Origin: Cyanophora paradoxa CCMP329
Lineage: Eukaryota; Plantae; Glaucophyta
DNA length: 64,000 nt
Direction: 5' to 3'
NCBI GenBank assembly: GCA_004431415.1
Contig: QPMI01000062.1
Span: forward strand, 310,001 to 374,000
Positions 13,514 through 24,949 of this stretch are shown here, piece by piece. The stretch's first letter is position 1. Each line of letters begins with the position of its first letter. The position numbers were made by a program, and so were the translations under genes. Below the pieces are notes generated by a model, which saw nothing but the letters and a program-made list of their open reading frames with translations, had not been told where the DNA came from and did no database searches.

Positions 13514-13599
13514 TCCCGTAAGCTTAGGCCGTGCCCCAACACGGCGCCACATTTCAGATTCAATTAACGCGTAGGAATGAGAAGCGAAGGGGGCGGGGG

Positions 13600-15500
13600 C
13601 TAGGAGGCGAAGAGGAGGCCGAGGGGGCAGTGGTCGGAGCCCTGCACGGAGGTGCGGATGAACGAGGCCCGGACGCTGGGGAGGAAGGCCTGGGGCACGA
13701 GGAAGTAGTCGAGGCGCCAGCCCTTGTTGCGCGCGCGCGCGTTGAAGCGGTAGCCCCAGTAGGTGTAGCGGTGGGCCTTGTCGGGGTACAGGTGGCGGTA
13801 CGTGTCGGCGAGGCCGGCGGCGAGGAGCTCGCCGAAGCGCGCGCGCTCGCGGTCCGTGAAGCCGGCGGTCTTGTTCTTGTTCCGCTTCGGCTCGTGGCAG
13901 TCGATGTCGAGGTGCGCGACGTTCAGGTCCCCCGTCGCCACCAGCGGCTTCGGCCCCGCCGCCAGCCCCTTCAGGTACCTGCGAAGGGCCTCAGAAGATA
14001 GCCAGCCTCGCTCCGGAGCGAGCGGCGGGGGCGGGTGCACGCACGCGGCGAACTCGGTGTCCCACTCGTCGGTGCGGTAGTCGAGGCGCTCGAGCTTCTG
14101 GCCCGAGTTCGGCACGTACGCGTTCACCACCACGAACTGGCCCCACGCCGCCCCTCTCCGTTCGAATGGGGGGGGGGGGGGGGGGGGGGGGGGGCGGGGC
14201 GGGGGGGGAGGGGAGGGCCTGCCTTCTCGAACTCGGCGGTGATGACGCGCCCCTCGCCGTCGTGGCCCTCCACCCCTACCCCCCCGTCAAGGGGGGGAGA
14301 AGGGGGGGTAGACGGGGGAATGCCGGGGGTACCGAGGCCCTCCTTGACGCTCAGGGGCTTCTCCCTCGAGAGGACCCTGCCCGGGCGTGAGCGGGACTCG
14401 CAAGGGAAGCGGGGGGCGGGGGGCGGGAGCGGACGCGACGCCGGCGTAGCCCTTCTTGTCGGCGGAGCAGAGCCAGGTCTGGTGGGGGAGGCCGAGCCTC
14501 TCGAGGGCGGCGCGCACGTCCTTCTCCTCCCCGCCGATCTTGGTCTCCTGCAGGCAGAGCACGTCGGGCCGCTCCCTCTCCAGGTACTCCTCCAGGTGCC
14601 CCTTCTTCATCGCCGCCCGGATCCCGTTCACGTTCCTGGCCCCGCCCCGCCCCGCCCGCCGGCTCGGCGGCCGCGCGGCAGGCCCGCGGGGGAGGCGGGG
14701 CGCGCGGGCACCAGGAGACGACCTTGACCTCGCCCTCGCCGGCGGGGCCGTACGGCGCCGGCTCCTCTGCCATCTGCTCCCTCACGGAGGCGTCCTCGGC
14801 CCCGCCCTCGCCCCCGTCCCCCTCCCCGCCGGCCTTCTTCTTCGCCTTGCCCGCCCCCTTCTTCGCCCCCGCAGCCGACTTCCGCTTCCCCTTGGCCGGC
14901 TTCTGCTCCCGCGCGGCGCTCAGAGCCCAGCCCGCCGCCTCCTGGGGCGGGGCGGGGCGGGGCGCGGGACTGACCTCCTCCTCCTCTTCAGGCTCCTCCT
15001 CTTCATCCTCCTCCTCGGCTTCTTCCTCGTCGGCCTTGCTCTTCGAGGCGGCGCTCGCGCGCTTTTTCGCGCTCCCCTCGCCCGACTTCCGCCGCCCCTT
15101 GGCCGCCGCGGCCGGCTTCTCGGCAGCCTCCTCCGCCTCGCCGTCCGCTGCGGCGTCTACGGGATCCTCCTCTGCCTTTCGCTTCGCGCGCGGCGATTTC
15201 TGCTCTGCACGTGAGCCACGCTGGGCTGGGCGGCCGCACGCGGCGCACCGAAGGCGTGCCGGACGAGTTCCGCTTCGGCGCCTGCGCCGCGAACGCGAAG
15301 GTGAACTGAGGCCGATGCGTGGAGACCGTGAACGAGCCGTCGAAGCGGGCAGCTAAGCCGCGAGCGAGTGCGGCGGGTCTCGGCGCTGGCATGGGTGGGG
15401 CCCGGCGGATGCAGGGGAGGGCGATCGGCATGAATCGAATTCGAATCCCCGCACGCGCCCGCAGCGGCAGGAGCGCCGCCGCGAACCCCAGGCTCACCAT
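13600..15500 (-). CDS. APE1: AP endonuclease (exonuclease III/APE1 family) with Lys/Glu-rich N-terminal extension
   Basis: SW-NVNG, LCLQETK, KKGYAGVA, EGRVITAEF, AYVPNSG, GDLNVAH, WRLDYFL and SDHCP catalytic motifs across spliced exons. Confidence 0.95.
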
Positions 15501-15545
15501 TTCAAAGGTCCTAGTCTCTACCCCCCTAGCCGCTGCGCCGAAAAC

Positions 15546-17104
15546 ATGTTCGTGTCTGCCGCCCCCCTCGTTCGCTCCAGCGCTAGCTCGTCCGTCGTCG
15601 CGTCGACCTCGACCCCGGCCGTCTGCTCGATCGCTTCTCGTCGCGCTCCGGCTGCCGTCCAGCTCGCCACCGCTCGCACCTTCTTCGGGAACAGCACCAC
15701 CTTCCAGGCCGCCGTCGCCAGCTCGCCTCGTTTCTTCTCGTTCGCTGCTCCTACGATCATGGCGAACCTCAAGAACTACAAGGTCCGCTCGCGCCCAATA
15801 AAGCGTGCACGTGCAAGCTGCTTGCGGCCGGTCCAGCCTGACGCCCGCTCAGGTCTTCGACATTGAGAAGAAGGAGGTTGATTTGTCGGTCTACCTGGGC
15901 AAGGTTCGCGCGCTTTCCGCGGCAGATGCGTGGTGGCCGCGGTCGCGGGCAGCTGCGCATATAGTTGGGTGCCGAGCACTCACGCGCACGCGATATACGC
16001 GCGTGTTTCCTGGTTGCGCGTCGCACCGCTGACAGGAAGAGCGCCGCGCAGGTCGTCCTCATCGTGAACGTCGCGTGCGAGTGCGGCCTTACCAGGTGGC
16101 CCCCAACGCTCATCGCGCCGAGCGCTCCGCCGATCTTCTTACGCCTTCCCGTCGCAGCTCGAACTACGACCAGCTCGTGCGTGTCTGAGCCGCGGGCCTG
16201 CGCGGCGGTCGCCGCCGCGTCCGCTGCTAGAGCTCACAGGGCGCTGCAGGCCCAGCTGTACGAGAAGTACAAGGCCAAGGGCCTCGGTGCGCGCCCCCGC
16301 TGCAGGCCTGCCCGGTCTCAGAGTCTTGTCTGACCTGCGCGCGTTCCACCATCTCGCAGAGGTCATGGCCTTCCCCTGTACGTCCCGCCGCGCCCCCACA
16401 CTCGCCGCTCGCACGCCGCGCTGACGGCTCGCTCGCGCAGGCAACCAGTTCGGCCAGTGCGTTCGAGTTCGAGTCCGACGGGAGCTCGGCGCCGCGTGAT
16501 GCGGGGCGACTGACGCACGCGCGCGCGCGCGCGCCCTGCAGGCAGGAGCCGGGCACCAACGCCGAGATCAAGTCCTTCGCGACGGGCAAGGGCGCGAGCT
16601 TCCCCCTGGTGCTCCGGGCCGCCCCCTCCGCTCCGAGAGCGGCCGCTCACGGCGGCGCAGATGGACAAGGTGGAGGTCAACGGGGCCAACGCCATCCCCG
16701 TGCGCCTCGCGGCCCCCGGCCCCGTGCGGCGCCGCCGGGCCGCCTCCTCACGCTGCCGCAGCTCTACAAGGACTTCCTGAAGGCCAAGTTCCCCGGCGAC
16801 ATCAAGTGGAACTTCGGTGCGCGCCGCCCCGCCCCCACCCGCGCCCGCGCCCGGGGCCCGCCCCCGAGCCCCCGCGCACCCGAGCCCGGCCCCCGCCCTC
16901 GCCCCCGAGCCCGGCCGACGGGGCGCTCGGCAGGCAAGTTCCTCGTGAACAAGAAGGGCGAGGTCGTCCAGCGGTACGAGCCGACCGGTGCGCGCCGCCC
17001 GCCCCCGCGAGGAGGCGCCCCGCCCGCCGGCCCCCGTCCGACCCCGCGCCCCAGTGGCCCCCAACGACATCGTCGCCGACATCGAGAAGCTCCTCGCCGA
17101 GTAG
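15546..17104 (+). CDS. GPX: Cys-type glutathione/thioredoxin peroxidase with plastid transit peptide, about 12 exons
   Basis: IVNVACECGLT, AFPCNQFGQQEPG, DIKWNFGKFLV; Ser/Ala-rich N-terminus MFVSAAP...RTFFGN; TAG at 17102-17104. Confidence 0.95.
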
Positions 17105-17561
17105 AGGCCTCGGTGCGGCCCTCTCGCATCCCCTCCGCATGTCCAGCGGGCTCACGCGCACGGGCGCCCAGCCGCCGGCGCGGGACGGACGGGAGGCGGC
17201 GGCCGGATCGTGCGCGTCGAGCCGCGCGACTGCTCGGCCCGTGCCCCTGTCCTGTTGTTGTAACCTATAATTTCAATAGCCTCTGCTACGGCCCGGCCGG
17301 CCCGGGGGGGCTGCAAATACTGCATTTCGGTGCGAACACGGCTCACTGCAGCTGGAATTCGAAACTCGAAATAAACCTCAGAATGGCATGATTGCATATG
17401 CCTCCTGTCGTCTCGTGTTGAGAGCCGATCCAAATGTTACGACCGGTGAGGCTCCCGCGTGTGCTTGCGCTCTGCGCCGTTGGAGCAGCGGCCTTGCCTT
17501 CTGGACGGCTATGCTGGGGAAGTGCCTTCGGAATCTAAGCCTCGTTGCAGAGGCTGGCGGC

Positions 17562-18365
17562 TCAGCCGACGTCCCGGAAGATCTCGCGGTGCAACTCGTC
17601 CCGCGCCTGCCAACGCGCGTCAGCGCCCGCGCCCGGCGCGCGGCGCCCGAGGCGTTGCCGCTCACCTTCTCCAGGATCTCTATCCGAGCCTCGCGCGCCT
17701 TGCGCTGCTGCCGCCTCGTGGGCTCCTTCTTGGCGCGCAGGGGCGCCGGCGTGGGCTCCGGGAAGGGGCCCTCGTCCTCCTCGTCGCTCTTCGGCAGGTC
17801 GTACCGCGACTCGAAGTGCGTCACCCGCCTGCGGCCGCGCGCGTCGGAGGTGCGCGCCAGGGCCGCCGGCGCGGCGCCACGCACGCGGTGAACTTCTTCT
17901 TGCCGAGACCCGAGCGGTCCGTTCGCAGCTGTGTCGCGACGGGCTGCTTTACGCCCTGGGCCGTCTTCCCGAGACCTGCATGTTCGTTCCAGCCCATCTT
18001 CTTGAGCATGTCGTAGCCCTTGTTGGACTCTGGAATCGTGATGTGGTGCGCGTTCCCCGAGACCTTCTGCTCCGACTGCAGGTGGGCGATGCTCGCCTTG
18101 TGTGAGGTGAAGTCGCCCTCCACCCACAGCTTGCAAGTCTCGCAGAAGAGGGCGCAGTCTGCAGCGCAGCGAGGCGTTAACAAGCGACAGAACGTTAACG
18201 ATCCTTGGACGATGCAGCTAAAGACAGACCTCCTTCATCGCTACGCGCGGCTTTCCCGCACACGAGCTTGTAGAAGTCGCGAGGCGTGTGCTCGCTGGAG
18301 CCGACTATAGCCACCGACGCCACGTGCACGCCGGGCGAAGGTGCAGGCGTCTGGCGCGGCGGCAT
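17562..18365 (-). CDS. G-patch protein with C2H2-like finger (resembles the GPANK1 C-terminal region)
   Basis: FCETC...HKASIAH, then NKGYDMLKKMGWNEHAGLGKTAQGVKQPV...RSGLG (G-patch) and RVTHF. Confidence 0.85.
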
Positions 18366-18559
18366 CTCCCGAGCGCAGCCCACGGCGGCGCGCCGCCGCA
18401 CTGATGCCACGCTAAGATCTAACTGATTCTTCGCGCTGGTAGTTGCAAGAACGCAGCCAAGGCAGCGAAAGGGTCCGGAGACAAGGCGAGGATGTTCGTG
18501 TACCCTAGCAAGTCAATCGTACCCTCGAAGCCCATTTCAGTCCTGCGGCGCCCGGCACG

Positions 18560-19171
18560 ATGGATGACCTGCAGTCGAGCGAAGAAGTGCGTGAGGTTGC
18601 GGCTGAGGCTTCGCCACGTCGATTCCACCGCACATCGGCGCGGGCCCGGGACTGACCTCGTCCTTCCTCCCCCGCAGTCACAGTTCGTTGTCGATGATGT
18701 GAACACCGTCATCAAGGAGGTCAGCCGCATCAGCGACCGCAGTTCCTCCCGCGCCGAACCTTGAGCCTCCCGCGCAGGCCATCGAGTCTGTCCTTCAGAA
18801 CGCCGTGTACCACCACAACAAAGTGTCGCAGTGGACATCCAACATAGTCGAGGGCTGCCTGAAGAGGCTCACCGCCATGAACAAGCCGTTCAAGTACATA
18901 GGTCCGCTGATAGCACAGCGCGTTCCCGGCGCGCAGCTAACGCGTGCGATGCTTCGCCGCAGTCACCTGCATCATCATGCAGAAGAACGGTGCGGGCCTG
19001 CACACGGCCAGCTCCTGCTACTGGGACAACACGACCGATGGTTCGCTGCCGCGCTATTGAGCTCGCCTGTGGAGCGCGCGCTGAGCCCTTCGGCGCGCAG
19101 GCAGCTGCACAGTACGATGGGAGAACAAGACGACCTACTGCATTGCGACCGTCTTCGGTCTGGCGATATGA
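18560..19171 (+). CDS. DYNLT1: Dynein light chain Tctex-1
   Basis: 5 exons give [17 protein letters not shown]...[11 protein letters not shown]...[43 protein letters not shown]...VFGLAI*. Confidence 0.97.
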
Positions 19172-19464
19172 TCCCTCCTTCCCACACCTCTGTTTCCCTC
19201 TAGCGTTAGGCCTACTGCACAGAGAATCAAGCTTAGGAACCGCACTCTTGCCTTGCCTGTCTGTCGCTGCACGTGCTCCCATGCCTCAGGGACGGATAAG
19301 AGGGCAGCCTTCGCGAATTCATTGGTAATCCAGCACGAGCTATAGCGGGCACGGGCGTTGGCTTCCTCCTCGCCATTTCCTATCCTACGTAAAATAAACG
19401 ACTAACTGCCAGAGTGATACCTGTATACCTAGCTGAGGGGCTACTGCGCTGCGCACGGCTTCCC

Positions 19465-20770
19465 CTAGGGCCCGGCGGCGCGCCTCCCGCCGGCCGCGGC
19501 GCGGGGCGGCCCGTGCTCGAGCTCCTCCGAGTCGTCCTCGGAGTCGAAGGGGGTCTTCCCGGGGCCCGGGGCCCCCTCCAGCACCGGCGGCGGCCGCTCC
19601 GGCGCCTTTAGGAAGTCCGGCGGCGATCGCGGCGGCCGGCTCCGCGGCGCCGCCGCCTTCGCCCCCGGCGGCGGCGCGGGCGCGGGTGCGGGCGCGCCGG
19701 GCGGGGGCGGCCTGCTGGGCGACGCCGTCGGGGGCGCTGCAGCTGTCCGCGCGGAGCCCGCTCCGGAGCTGCCGGCCGCGGGGGACGCCGGCTCGCTCGA
19801 CGCTTTCGGGCTCCCATTGATGCCTTCGGTTGGGGAGCGTGGCTGCGGTCCGGGTCGGGCGGCGGGCGGGGCAGGGCGGCGCGGGCGGGGCGGTAGACCT
19901 GGCCCTCTATGGCGGCGAGCTTGCTGCGGAGCAGCTCGGCCTCCCGGCGCGCCGCCCGCTCCGCCTCGTGCAGCTGCAGGGGCGGGGGTCGGTTTCGCGG
20001 GCGGTGTCTTCGCCGGCGGGAAGGGCGGGCGGACGGCGAGCTGGTGGGCCTCGGCCTCGGCGTGGGCGTGCTCCGCGAGTTGCGTCATGCGCTGGAGCTC
20101 GGCGCGGCACGCCGCCAGCTCCCCCGCCATCTCGCCCTCCCGCCGCTCCCTCTCCCGCAGCGCGTCCCCCTGCGCCTTCATGCTCGCCTTCAGAGCCTCC
20201 AGCTCCCGCGTCCGGAACTGCAGCAGGCTCTGCAGGCCCGCCGCCCTCGCGCTCTTGCTCGGGCTCTCCGCCGGCGGCGACCCCGGCCGCTCCCTGCGAC
20301 GACGCGTGTGGGTCACCCGCCGCGGGCGGATCGGATTAGACGCACGCGTGCTTTTCTTCGCATTCCCTTAACCGTTCCTGCATGCTAAAGCATAGCTCCG
20401 TCTTCGCTCGGAGCTCGTCCTGCACGGCGCCGGCGCCCGTCAGCGAACTCAGGGGGCGGCCGTGGGCAGATCGAGAAGGTACCTGGCAGAGAACCAGCTC
20501 CTCTCGCTTCGATTCGACTACACCGGCCAGTTCGCGCAGCCGCCGTCGCAGCTGCTCGCAGCTAGCACACGATCTGGACCCAGGTGACAACAGCTCCGGG
20601 TCGGAGCCTCGCCGCAAGGATGTTGCACGCTGCGGCGAAGCTGGTATCGAAACGAGTACGGCGCCGCCAAAGCCATCGTCTAGCGCTTGCAGCGCGTCGT
20701 CGATGTCCAACGCCGTTGGCGGCTCCCCGGCGAGCCGGTCCAGCCTGGCAAGCGCCTGGTCTAGGTCCAT
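19465..20770 (-). CDS. Hypothetical coiled-coil protein with Pro/Ser-rich tail
   Basis: MDLDQALARLD... spliced heptad exons (CASCEQLRRRLRELA, LLQFRTRELEALKASM) with canonical splice sites. Confidence 0.6.
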
Positions 20771-20918
20771 CGCTCGTAGCCGCCAGAGTACATCCTCGCG
20801 GCCCGGCTGGCTGCAGAGGCCCGACTAAACACGCGTTTATATCGATACCCCCCGCCAGTCGGAAACCCACTTCCTGCACACGCGCGCAGCGCCCGCACGC
20901 GCTGTTGACGCAGCGACA

Positions 20919-23900
20919 ATGGGTGCCGAGCCTTCAAAGGAGCAGGTCGTTAAGCGCTTCCCGAGTGGACCCGCCGGCGAGAGCGCTGAAAACGCAGTGC
21001 GTTTGCCACGCGGAGCGAGTCCGCGCCTTGTTTTGCTTCACCACGCACGCCCGTCTCGTCGTCCGCGCTCCGCCGTCGCGCGGCTGTTGCGGCAGTTTGG
21101 CCGGCCGCGACATTCTAAACGAGAGAACGGCTCTCCTGTACCGCCCAACGGGTCGGGCCGCGCTTTGACGTCTCGGTCGACGCAGGTGGAGCTCGTGGAG
21201 TGTGAGGGTTATCTGTTCAAACAGTCGCAGGACCTCTTCAAGCGCTGGCGGATGCGCTGGTTCCGACAAAGGGGTGCGCGGCTGCTGTACGCGGCCTTTA
21301 AAGCCCCTGCGGCACGTCTCTAACGCGGCTGCGCTCGCCCGGCGTGGTCTGGTTCTCAGGCAAACGGCTGTCATGTGCGTGACCGTTCCGCCCCGCACAC
21401 CACACCACATCTCACCGCGTCGTCGACGTCCGTGCAGGGTATCACGCGCCGAAGTAAGCTCGGTCGCCCTGCGCGCCGGCCCGTTGGAGCTGCGGCGCGC
21501 GCCGGCCCGGGCCCCGTCTCGTTGCGAAACGTCGCGGCGCGCAGGGACGCGTCCCCCTCGGGCTTCATCCTCATCACGAACATCAAATCCGTCCGGAAGG
21601 TGCGCTCCGGCGGCCGCCTGCGCGCCGGGCGCGGCTGCACGCGGAGGGGCGGGGCCCGCGGCAGGTCTCCGAGGTCGGCTTCGTGGTGAGCACGGCGGAG
21701 CGGGACCTTTCTCTGATCGCCCCCAACCGCCGCGAGTGCTCCTGGTGGTGCCCCCGCACCGACCCCGCCCGCTCCCACACGCCCGGCGGCGTCCCTCCGA
21801 CCGACCGCGGCGGCGGGGGGCGCGCAGGGTGGACAGCCTGAAGCGCTGGATGGCCTTCTACGCGACGCGGCAGGGCGCCGGCCCCCAGCGCGGGTTCGCC
21901 CTCCGCTCCGCTCCCCGTGCCGCGCCGGCCGACGGAAAGGGGCCACCGGGCCAGGTCGGACCTGCTGTTCGCGCGGGCGGGCCTGCAGCGCGCCGCCTCC
22001 GGCGCCCACGACAACCCCGAGTTCTGGTGCGACCGGATTCGATCTCGGCCGCTCCCGGCGACCCCGGGCGCCCGGCCGACGGGGCGCGCGCGAAGGCTGC
22101 ACACGCTGCGGCTGGACCCGTCGGTGGGGAACCTGGCGTCGCTGGAGGCGGCGCTGCGGGGCCGCGGGCTCGCGTGGATGACGGCCTTCGTCGACGAGGA
22201 CGGCATCGCCGCCGTCATGTCCGTCTTCCTCGCCCGTGCGCCCCGCCCACGCCCGCCCGCCCGCCCGCGCCCTCTCCCCGCACGCGCTGAGCCGCGGCCG
22301 CCCGCCGCTCGGCAGGCGACGTCCTCGTCACGTGCGGCCCCGCGCCAAGCTTGCCCCCCCGCCCCTTACAAAGAAATTGATGGCGGGGCGGGGCAGGAAG
22401 ACGGTGCTGGACGCGGGCGTGCAGGAGGGCTGCCTCCGCTGCGTCCGCTCCCTCACCGCCAACCGCGTGCGTCCCCGAGTTTGTCTGCTGTTCGCTGTTC
22501 GGCGCCTCACGCGGCGCGGCGGGGGCAGGTGGGCATCGACGCGGTGGTGGCCTCCTCGAACCGCTCCGCCCTGCGGCCCCTCGCCCTCGCCATCGCCTCC
22601 CGGTCCGCCCTCGAGCCCCCGCCCGCGCTTGCCACGCTTGCCCACGCTGCAGGGCGCAGGACGGTGCCGATGGCGTGCGCGGCGGTGGAGCTGCTGACGG
22701 CCGTCTGCGTGTACAGCCCGGAGGGCTACCGCCGCGTATCGGACGCCATGGAGCACTTGCGCGCCACGCACCGCGAGCCCGCCCGCTTCCGCGTCCGCCC
22801 CCTCCTCTCCTTTTCGCTTAGCTCCGAGTCCTTCTCTGAGCTCGCTGGGCCAGCGGCTGGTGCGGTCGCTGGTGGCGGTCGACGACTTCGACTACAAGGC
22901 CGCCGTCCTCTCCTTCCTCAAGGCCCTCGTCGCCGCCGCCGGGGGCGGGGAGGCCGGCGCCGCGCTCCGGGCCGACCTCGCCCGCGCGGGGGCCCCCGAG
23001 GCCGTCCGCCGCCTCCGCGTCCGCGAGTGCCCCGAGCTCCGCTTCCCCCTCAAGGCCCGCCCCGCCCATCCCCGCCCCCCTCCTCCTCTGACGCGGGCGC
23101 GCCGCGCAGGCCTTCGAGGAGATCGCGGGGGCGGGGGAGGACCCCGCAGCCGCCGCCGCCGGCGTCCAGTGCGCGCCTCTCGCCGCCCCCGCCAGCCCCG
23201 CCCCGCCCCGCCCGCCTCTCACGCGGGGCAGGGGGGCGGGGGAGGAAGACGCGGAGGAGCTGAGCGACGTCGACGACCCGCCCGCCTCCCTCCCGTGCGC
23301 CCCGCCCGCCCCTCCGCGCCCCCCGCGCCCCGCCGGCGCTCAAGGCGGGGCCCCGGGGCAGGACGCTGGTGGACTTCTGCCGGAGCGTCGAGGCCCAGAT
23401 CGCCACCTCCGAGCAGCGGGCCCGCCCGCGCCCCTCCCCCTCGTGCCTTGCCGCGCCGGCGGCTGGGCTGACCAGGGCCCGGGACATCAGGAATCGTTCC
23501 TCTCCGTGCTGCACCTCCTCGCCACCGCCGGCCTCGACTCCCGCGTCGGGTACTGCGTTCCCCCCGCTCGCCTTCCCCCCCCCTCGCTATTTTGAGACGC
23601 GGGGCGGGCAGGCCGGCGCTCTGGGGCCACGTGGACGCGTTCCTGCGCTCGGGGGCGGCCCCGGCCCCGGGGCCCCTGCCGCCCCCGCACGGCTCCCGCC
23701 CCGCCTCCCCGCGGCCCCCGGCCGGCCCCGGCGGCGCCTCGGGGGCCGGCGTGCTCCCCTCGCCCCTCGCGGGGGCGGGGTCCCTCGCGCCGGCCAAGTC
23801 GAAGGGGGCGCCCGAGGAGGAGGGCGGGCAGCCGTCGCCCCCCTCCAACTCGCCCCTCCTCGAGCTCCCCCGCGGCCTCTCCGGCAAGGCGCCCCCGCCC

Positions 23901-24044
23901 GCCCTCCACGCGGCCGCCGCCGAGGTCGGCCGCGCCGCCTCCGCCGGCAAGCTCCTCGCCGGCGTCACCGCCCAGCCGTACCCCAAGAAGGAGGGCCCCG
24001 CCCTCCCCGCCCCCTCCGCCCGCCGCGCCGCCAGCGTCTTCTGA
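20919..24044 (+). CDS. Predicted N-myristoylated PH + formin-type GBD/FH3 protein, no FH2 domain
   Basis: MGAEPSKE; PH motif EGYLFKQ...KRWRMRWF; GBD/FH3-like LASLEAALRGRGLAWMTAFVDEDGI, CLRCVRSL, ELLTAVCVYSPEGYRRVSDAM...RF, YKAAVLSFLKALV; TGA at 24042-24044. Confidence 0.75.
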
Positions 24045-24949
24045 AGCCGACGCCCCTTGCGATTGGCTCCGGCCCAGCGCGGCAGGCCAGGGCTGAGCCA
24101 GCCTCTGCGGGCCCCGAGCCCCCTAGGCCTTGTACGTATACACCGCCGAGACTCCGCGATTCGTCCCCCTGCCACTTCTTCAGTGAGTTATCTCCCGGCC
24201 CGGACTTCAAGCTCAGCGGACCTCTTTCGAATGCAGTCAGTGTACTCGCCCCAGTGCGTGCCACTCGCTATATAGGCCATGTTAGGGTCCGTTCCCGGCC
24301 GGATTTTTTCGCCGGATGTGCAGCGCTAGCGCGTGCCACTGTGTTTCCTACTAGGCTATTTGTATTGAATTTGAACAGCTTGACAGTGCCCGCGGCCACG
24401 CCGCGGTCGAAATGCCGAGTCGGAACTTGTATCATAAGGGGGCGGGCCGGGCGGTCTGAAGCCTTGAAGATCATGATCATGCACATGTATCATAGTATCA
24501 TAGTATCAAACTTTTGAAAGTGAACTAGTATATGGCCCGAGGCGCCGGCGGCCGGGCCTTGAAAGTCCACCCCGGCCCGGCGGGCGACTCGGCGACGCGG
24601 GGCCGCCCCCTTCAGGGACTTGAAGCCCGGCGGCCGCGGCCCCCTTCAAGGCTTGGGAGGCTTTCTGTGACTCGTGAAGTTCCCAACTTCGGATCTGACT
24701 TAAGCTTCAGCTTGGTGATCCCGATCATCTCGATCGAGCTCGGCCTTCAGAGCTCAGTCGACAGTCGTCGATCGCGGCGCCCCCGCCCGGGGTGTCCGAT
24801 GCCTGAATTGCCCACTCGCCGCTGAGTCGGCGTGTCCGTCGCCGTATCTACGTGCATAGACGATATACATTGAAAGCATGACAGTGAATATACCCAAAGA
24901 CGGCGCAAAACCCTACCCCTACAAGCAGAGAGACATCTTAACCTGCGTG

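Noticed and set aside
14168-14210. Long G/C homopolymers (also about 30157, 47420-47540, 48640-48715) as functional G-quadruplex elements
   Set aside because: Mostly intronic or intergenic, common at this composition, and of unreliable length in assemblies; nothing specific supports a function
16052-16095. Selenocysteine GPX
   Set aside because: The peroxidatic codon is TGC, not TGA
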